Assembly (NCBI GenBank): GCA_040754495.1
Contig: JBFMCO010000016.1
Location: forward strand, 1 to 18,439
DNA length: 18,439 nt
Direction of reading: 5' to 3'
Source of the DNA: Candidatus Micrarchaeota archaeon
GTDB lineage: Archaea > Micrarchaeota > Micrarchaeia > Anstonellales > Bilamarchaeaceae
Shown here: piece after piece, positions 13,523 through 18,439 of the stretch
How positions within the stretch are numbered: position 1 is the first letter of the stretch
Layout of the letters: every line of letters begins with the position of its first letter
The notes under the pieces: model-generated
What the model was told of the DNA's origin: nothing
Seen by the model: the letters and a program-made list of their open reading frames with translations, nothing else
Databases searched by the model: none
Translations under genes and position numbers: made by a program

Positions 13523-14194
13523 TCAGGCGACCGCCTTGAGGAAATCGGCAACCGCTACGCCCATGGGCGCATCCGGGTTGATGTCGGCGTATATCCCGCG
13601 CCGCCCTGTGATGGACGGCATGTCGGCAACGCGCATTATAGGGCGGACGCCTGCGCCCCTTATCCTGAGGAGGAAACGGATGCCATCTTCTGGAATCGCC
13701 GCGGGATTTGTTGCCGGCGGGAATGGCAGTGGCATGCGCGTCTTTTTTTCAGGCAGGCCGCAACCGCCCGAGAATGGGACGATGGACGGTAGCAGGATGA
13801 TGGATTGCGGGATGACTGCAGGCGCGGTGCCGGAAAGGTCGAATGCGCCGGGGATGATGAAAAGCCCGGCCCCCGGAGCCGCCAGCAGGTCCGCTGCAAC
13901 GTGCTTAATCGCTTCGCTCCAGGGCAGACTCCAGCCGGTGCCATCATCCACGATGTCCAGGCCCCGCCGGAAGGCGCGCCCCACCGCTGGGTAGGCAAGC
14001 AGCTCGTCTGCCCAGAGCGGGAACGCATCGGGGATGCCCTTCCATCTTTCGCTTCCGACAAGATAGTCGTCGAGAAGGGGGTTCGGCGGGAGCTTCTTCC
14101 CGCGCTCTTCGGCGAGCTGCCTTGCGCCAAGGTATGGAGCCTGCAGTCCGAGGGGGCTTATTACGCCGTCCGCCGCTGCCTTCTGGTATTCCAT
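13523..14194 (-). CDS. Hypothetical protein
   Basis: ORF fills the gap between the PMM and prs stops. ATG 14194 (MEYQK) is preferred over TTG 14224, which lies in an AT-rich promoter-like stretch. No recognisable catalytic motif. Confidence 0.75.
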   Translation of the reverse strand: MEYQKAAADGVISPLGLQAPYLGARQLAEERGKKLPPNPLLDDYLVGSERWKGIPDAFPLWADELLAYPAVGRAFRRGLDIVDDGTGWSLPWSEAIKHVAADLLAAPGAGLFIIPGAFDLSGTAPAVIPQSIILLPSIVPFSGGCGLPEKKTRMPLPFPPATNPAAIPEDGIRFLLRIRGAGVRPIMRVADMPSITGRRGIYADINPDAPMGVAVADFLKAVA

Positions 14195-14236
14195 CTTCCC
14201 ACGATAATAGATAGAAAACGACAATTTTTAACACAA

Positions 14237-15076
14237 TCAGCCCTTCAGCAGCGGGACGATGTCCACTTCTGCGACAGGATTCTGGATGGAGTTCGTCGTG
14301 AAAACCGAATCGGCAGCCTTCTGCAGCTTCGCAAGCGAATCGTTCAGGAAGAAGCCGTGGGTAGCAGCGCACAGCACCTTCTTCGCCCCGCCCTTCTTCA
14401 CGTTCTCCACGGCTTTCAGCATCGTCCCGCCGGTCGAAATCATGTCGTCTATTATGAGCACGTTCTTGCCCGAGACGTCGAATTCCCGCTCCACCTTCTG
14501 CACGGAGCGGTAGGCCTCCTCGCCCTGGTCGTAGCCGCCGCGGACCTTGCTCATGCTCTTTCCGCCGAACTCCGAGACGAGGTAGTTCGCGCCCTGGTCG
14601 GGCGATATGACCTCGAGGTGCTCGAGGCCGAGCTTCTTGCGGGCATGTTCCACGAGCAGGCGGTTCGCGCTGACGTTATGGATTTTCAGGCCCGCGTATT
14701 CCGCGTCCCCCTCTTTCTTGAGGAAATGGCAGTCCACTGTCATGACTTTCACAGCGCCGAAATCCGCAAGGAGCTTGCAGAGGACCTGGGCAGAGAGCGC
14801 CTCGCCCATCAGGAACGTCTTGTCCTGGCGTGCGTAAGGGAGATAAGGCGAAACGAGCGTGACCCTGGCCCCGACGCGCTTGAGGGTGTGGAGCATCTGC
14901 GCGGCGTTGAATATCGCCGAGTTCTGCTTGGGATAGAGCCGGTGGAAGAGGACTACGTCCTCGCCCTGGCAGGAGGAGATGTCGTTGATGCGCATGTAGC
15001 TGTCGCCGTCCGGGAAAAGCTTTATCTCGATATTCGGCTCGGCGACCTCGGTGAAATTCGGCGAAATCAGATGCAT
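14237..15076 (-). CDS. prs: Ribose-phosphate pyrophosphokinase (PRPP synthetase)
   Basis: Motifs FPDGD, PYLPYARQDK, ISPDQGA, PRPP-binding VLIIDDMISTGGT and ATHG. Confidence 0.95.
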   Translation of the reverse strand: MHLISPNFTEVAEPNIEIKLFPDGDSYMRINDISSCQGEDVVLFHRLYPKQNSAIFNAAQMLHTLKRVGARVTLVSPYLPYARQDKTFLMGEALSAQVLCKLLADFGAVKVMTVDCHFLKKEGDAEYAGLKIHNVSANRLLVEHARKKLGLEHLEVISPDQGANYLVSEFGGKSMSKVRGGYDQGEEAYRSVQKVEREFDVSGKNVLIIDDMISTGGTMLKAVENVKKGGAKKVLCAATHGFFLNDSLAKLQKAADSVFTTNSIQNPVAEVDIVPLLKG

Positions 15077-15096
15077 GATTGGGATGGGCGGCTACA

Positions 15097-15129
15097 ATAT
15101 AAAATCCTGACGGAAACGCTGGTTTAAAA
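15097..15129. promoter_or_regulatory. Divergent promoter pair (prs / HEXXH gene)
   Basis: TTTTATAT on the minus strand (15104-15097), 28 nt upstream of prs ATG 15076. TTTAAAA on the + strand (15123-15129), 31 nt upstream of ATG 15154. Confidence 0.55.
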
Positions 15130-15153
15130 TCATATTGATACAGAATTTATAAC

Positions 15154-16044
15154 ATGAAGGGCGAGCCATACCTGGACCGCATCCGGCCAAAGACACTGCT
15201 CCGGCCGCCGCGCGAGCTGGACGAGCTCCGGCGCCCGTGGTTCAGCAACGGCACCGACCCGAAGGTCGAATCATGGGTGAGGCACGGCTCGCGCCCTGCT
15301 CCGACCGGATTGGGTTCGCACGGAACCGGGGTCGTAAGCTGGATGAGCGGGGGCGGAGGCACGGTGATGACTGAGGAGGCCACGCCGGAGCAGTTTGCCT
15401 CGCTAAAAACGCATATGGAGGAGGAGTACTTCCGCGAAGGCGGACCGGCCGCGGAAGCTCATGCCAAGCTCACATCATTTCTCGGGACAAGGTCCGTAAC
15501 GCTGTCCCTCGAACACCAGCATACAACGAGGCCGCCGGAAACGCTCAGCCCTGAGGTGTACGCGCTCACTCTCAAAATACTGGAGGCGCTGCCTGAATGG
15601 CATCTTGGCCATTCCAATTTCACAACGCTTTGGATTGGAGGATGGGGAAACGGCGCCGCGAAGTATTCCGAGTATTCGGAGCCGGCTGTCCACATGTTCG
15701 AATGCGCAATCAGCGGGCCGAAAAGGAATTATATTGCCCTCCTCCTCCATGAGGTCGGCCACTCTTTCCACCACATGCTCGGCGCTCCAGACCGAAAGAG
15801 GCTTGAGGGCTTGTCCCTCGTGGCCCGGCCGCTAATCGGGATAGATTACCTTGGCGGGAGCAGCGAGCGGCTGGGATACCAGGACTCCGCCAGCGAGTTC
15901 ATAGCCGAGAACTACCTGAATTTCGTGGCCCGCGGACCGGAGCTTGAGATGGCCGCGGCTTCCCTCAGCGGCCGGCGGAGGGAGGCATGGACAGAAGTCC
16001 TCGACATATACGTGAGGAATTTCGGCATGATGATGTACATCTAG
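15154..16044 (+). CDS. Putative zinc metallopeptidase (HEXXH zincin-like) hypothetical protein
   Basis: IALLLHEVGHSFH motif with downstream SEFIAENY as a candidate third-ligand helix. It has its own TATA box and no signal peptide is evident. Confidence 0.7.
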   Translation: MKGEPYLDRIRPKTLLRPPRELDELRRPWFSNGTDPKVESWVRHGSRPAPTGLGSHGTGVVSWMSGGGGTVMTEEATPEQFASLKTHMEEEYFREGGPAAEAHAKLTSFLGTRSVTLSLEHQHTTRPPETLSPEVYALTLKILEALPEWHLGHSNFTTLWIGGWGNGAAKYSEYSEPAVHMFECAISGPKRNYIALLLHEVGHSFHHMLGAPDRKRLEGLSLVARPLIGIDYLGGSSERLGYQDSASEFIAENYLNFVARGPELEMAAASLSGRRREAWTEVLDIYVRNFGMMMYI

Positions 16045-16058
16045 CGCCAAACCAAAAA

Positions 16059-16065
16059 TTTTTAT
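16059..16065 (+). promoter_or_regulatory. Putative TATA box for the DJ-1/PfpI-ferredoxin-GGR cluster
   Basis: A-rich BRE-like caaaccaaaaa followed by TTTTTAT, 29 nt upstream of ATG 16088. Confidence 0.5.
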
Positions 16066-16087
16066 GCCTTCGACAGCATAGGACATT

Positions 16088-16606
16088 ATGGCAAAGGTTC
16101 TCATGATAATCGCCCAGAGCGGCTTCCGCGACGAGGAGCTCCTTGTCCCGAAGGAGGTCCTAGAGCGGGCGGGCCACCAGGTGAAGGTAGCGAGCCTGAC
16201 CAGGCAGAAGGCGAGCGGGAGCAAAGGCGCCATCGTGCAGCCGGACCTCGCGGTCTATGAAGCCAACCCGGATTTCTTCGACTGCGTGGTGGTCGTGGGA
16301 GGCCCGGGCTCCCCGGCGCTTGCCGAGAGCGACGAGGTGAGGGAGCTCCTTCTTGGCGCGAGCGCGAAGGGGAAGGTTCTCGGGGCGATATGCCTCGGGC
16401 CAATGGCGCTGGCCAGAGCAGGCGTCCTTGCCGGAAAGTCCGCGACCATATACCCGGACAGGAAGGCGATAGCAGTATTGAAGGAGAGCGCCGCGCAGTA
16501 TCGGGCCGAGGCAGTCGTGACGGACGGGAAGGTGGTGACGGCCGATGGCCCCTCCAGCGCAACGGCATTCGGGAACAAACTTGCCGAGATTCTCAGGGTG
16601 AAATGA
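16088..16606 (+). CDS. DJ-1/PfpI (ThiJ) family protein
   Basis: KVLMIIAQSGFRDEE, VVVVGGPG, nucleophile elbow GAICLGP and VVTADGP. Confidence 0.92.
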   Translation: MAKVLMIIAQSGFRDEELLVPKEVLERAGHQVKVASLTRQKASGSKGAIVQPDLAVYEANPDFFDCVVVVGGPGSPALAESDEVRELLLGASAKGKVLGAICLGPMALARAGVLAGKSATIYPDRKAIAVLKESAAQYRAEAVVTDGKVVTADGPSSATAFGNKLAEILRVK

Positions 16607-16824
16607 TGATAACGATAAAGCACGACGGATGCATACTCTGCGTAGGCTGCTCCTCGGTCTGCCCGACGAACGCCATAGAGGTCGTCGGGACCCGGATGGA
16701 GCATTTTGCCGATAAATGCATAGACTGCGGGCTCTGCGTGAGGGCGTGCCCGGCCAACGTCATCCAGATGTACAAGGGCGTGAAGAAGGCCAGGGACCTT
16801 CCGCCGGATGCGGAGTACGGATAA
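16603..16824 (+). CDS. 2x[4Fe-4S] dicluster ferredoxin
   Basis: CILCVGCSSVCP and CIDCGLCVRACP. ATG 16603 overlaps the upstream TGA (ATGA). Confidence 0.92.
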   Translation: MMITIKHDGCILCVGCSSVCPTNAIEVVGTRMEHFADKCIDCGLCVRACPANVIQMYKGVKKARDLPPDAEYG

Positions 16825-16852
16825 ACAGGACCGGAAACCCGAAACGGGAAAC
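16825..16852. repeat. Heptamer array (3-4 units) between ferredoxin and GGR
   Basis: acaggac-cggaaac-ccgaaac-gggaaac. Confidence 0.65.
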
Positions 16853-16870
16853 CACTGGAGTGGAACAGTA

Positions 16871-18091
16871 ATGGAATACGACCATGATGTCATCGTCATC
16901 GGCGGGGGGCCTGCCGGCGCGACGTTCGCCAGGATTGCCGCAGCCAATGGCATGGACGTGCTTGTGATAGACAAGCGGAAGGAGATAGGCGTGCCTGTCC
17001 GCTGCGGCGAGGGCCTCGGCGTCGGCGAGCTGATAAGGCAGGACCTCGAGATGCCGCGCCAGTGCTATTCCATTCCCGTGGACGGGGCGAAAATCGTCGC
17101 GCCGAGCGGGAAGGCTATAGTCTGGAAGGATGAGGGCACGAGAGGGTGGGTGCTGGAGAGGAAGTTCTTCGACAAATGGCTCTGCGAGCTTGCCGTCGAG
17201 AAGGGAGCGCAGGTGCGCACCTACACGAGGGCACTTGGGGTGCTCAAGGACGAAAAGGGAAGGCCGGACGGCCTGCGCATGAGCCACGGCGGTCGGGAGC
17301 CTTACGAGCTCCGTGCGCCGCTCATCGTTTCGGCCGAGGGGATGGAATCCCTGATGGCGAGGCAGATGGGTTTCAAGACCGTGCACGCGCTCTATGACGT
17401 GGACACGTGCTACGAGTACGAGATGAAGCCGTATCGTCACGAGAGCCTCATCGAGCTTTATTTCGGGAACGCCATCGCCCCGAGGGGATACGTTTGGATA
17501 TTCCCGAAGGCCGACAAGAAGGCGAACGTGGGCATAGGAATCGGCGGCCAGGTTGCGAGCGGCGAGAAGCTAGGTGGAATCAGGGGGGCTGCCCCGAAGC
17601 CCCTGCTTGACGAGTTCATCAGGACGAACAAGCAGCTCAAGGATGCAAGCACGCTCCTGGATTTCGGCGGCATCATCTCGGTCGGCGCGCCGCTGAACGA
17701 ATTCGTGAAGGACAACTGCATGGTGATAGGCACCGCGGCCAAGCAGGTCGACCCAATACACGGCGGCGGAATCGGCCTCGCGATGGAGGCCGGCGTGCTG
17801 GCCGCAGAGGTCGCAGCGAAGGCGCACGGGAAGAAGGACTACAGCAGGGGCGCTCTCCTCGAATACGAGAAGACATGGCGCGAGAACCCGGGGCCGACGC
17901 TGCAAAAGCGGCTCATGCTCCGCAAGGTCCTCGAGAAGGTCTCGGACGACGACCTGAACCACATATTCAACTGTATCGGTGAGCGGGACCTGAAGGGCAT
18001 CATGGACGGCAATTTCGCCCCCGCAGTCGCCAAGGTCCTTGCAGGAAGGCCGCAGCTGCTGGCCATCCTCAGGGGACTGCTGCCGGGGTGA
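16871..18091 (+). CDS. Geranylgeranyl reductase family flavoprotein (digeranylgeranylglycerophospholipid reductase-like)
   Basis: DVIVIGGGPAG dinucleotide-binding motif, PVRCGEG, GYVWIFP and QVDPIHGGGI; adjacent ferredoxin. Start reassigned to ATG 16871 (MEYDHDV). Confidence 0.92.
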   Translation: MEYDHDVIVIGGGPAGATFARIAAANGMDVLVIDKRKEIGVPVRCGEGLGVGELIRQDLEMPRQCYSIPVDGAKIVAPSGKAIVWKDEGTRGWVLERKFFDKWLCELAVEKGAQVRTYTRALGVLKDEKGRPDGLRMSHGGREPYELRAPLIVSAEGMESLMARQMGFKTVHALYDVDTCYEYEMKPYRHESLIELYFGNAIAPRGYVWIFPKADKKANVGIGIGGQVASGEKLGGIRGAAPKPLLDEFIRTNKQLKDASTLLDFGGIISVGAPLNEFVKDNCMVIGTAAKQVDPIHGGGIGLAMEAGVLAAEVAAKAHGKKDYSRGALLEYEKTWRENPGPTLQKRLMLRKVLEKVSDDDLNHIFNCIGERDLKGIMDGNFAPAVAKVLAGRPQLLAILRGLLPG

Positions 18092-18185
18092 GCGGGATTC
18101 CGGCATCCAGTGCCGGGTTTCCGGTTTTGTGTTTCGCGTTCCGTGTCCCGAAACTGGGAACCGGAAACTGGGAACCGAAAACCGC
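18092..18185. repeat. Composite imperfect palindrome: two inverted heptamer arrays between convergent genes
   Basis: gattccg-gcatcca-gtgccgg-gtttccg-gttttgt-gtttcgc-gttccgt (18096-18144) faces ccgaaac-tgggaac-cggaaac-tgggaac-cgaaaac (18148-18182). The element is bounded by GCGG...CCGC. Confidence 0.72.
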
Positions 18186-18196
18186 CCTTGCGGCCC

Positions 18197-18439
18197 CTAA
18201 CCTCCCCTAGAGAAATCCAAATCCTGCGGGGGCGGCGGAAGCTTCGTGGTCAGCATCAGCCTCTGGTCATCCGAGTTATAGGCTATCGTCACGGGAAGCT
18301 GGTTCCTCCCGCGCTCGAACTGGGAAACGAGCTGGCCGGACATGTCCCTGACGGCAGCCGGCATCATTCCAGCGAGCTGGCTCACGTCTATCGAGGTTGA
18401 GCGGTTGCGGGGATTGTTGAGCTCGACAAGCGCATTCAC
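18197..18439 (-). CDS. 3' end of a hypothetical protein (start probably outside the window)
   Basis: Open minus-strand frame from the window edge to TAG at 18199-18197, followed by a heptamer array like other gene ends here. No motif recognised. Confidence 0.55.
   Translation of the reverse strand: MNALVELNNPRNRSTSIDVSQLAGMMPAAVRDMSGQLVSQFERGRNQLPVTIAYNSDDQRLMLTTKLPPPPQDLDFSRGG

Noticed and set aside
16808-16870. 21-aa N-terminal extension of GGR from the ORF track
   Set aside because: It overlaps the ferredoxin end and is encoded by the heptamer array. The Rossmann motif starts just after ATG 16871.
10946-18185. Repeat arrays as CRISPR or as an insertion sequence
   Set aside because: Units are 7 nt and contiguous with no spacers. 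No cas or transposase gene and no target-site duplication were seen.

Overview
GC-rich archaeal chromosomal window. Evidence for archaea: the archaea-specific tRNA methyltransferase aTrm56, a ferredoxin + geranylgeranyl reductase pair, and TATA boxes about 28 nt upstream of several ATGs. A DPANN/Micrarchaeota-like lineage is my inference, not a database result. The left ~11 kb is accessory. It holds a 5'-truncated SGNH-esterase gene with peptidoglycan-binding-like motifs, a hairpin-dense intergenic region, and a giant ~2,770-2,830 aa ORF. That ORF has an alpha-helical repeat region, a Pro-rich linker and a ~1,200 aa amphipathic beta-strand region ending in a beta-barrel-like terminal strand (...WSLMLYGRVQW). 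Both accessory proteins are almost lysine-free, whereas the neighbouring housekeeping proteins are Lys-rich. The right ~7.5 kb holds a SecB-like hypothetical, aTrm56, a phosphohexomutase, a hypothetical, Prs, a HEXXH metallopeptidase-like protein, a DJ-1/PfpI-ferredoxin-GGR cluster and the 3' end of another gene. Degenerate 7-nt tandem arrays (GTTTCCG/CGGAAAC) recur through the window: downstream of genes, as inverted pairs between convergent genes, and once in frame inside trm56. No rRNA, tRNA, CRISPR array or transposase could be supported. All family calls come from motif recognition by eye; no searches were run.
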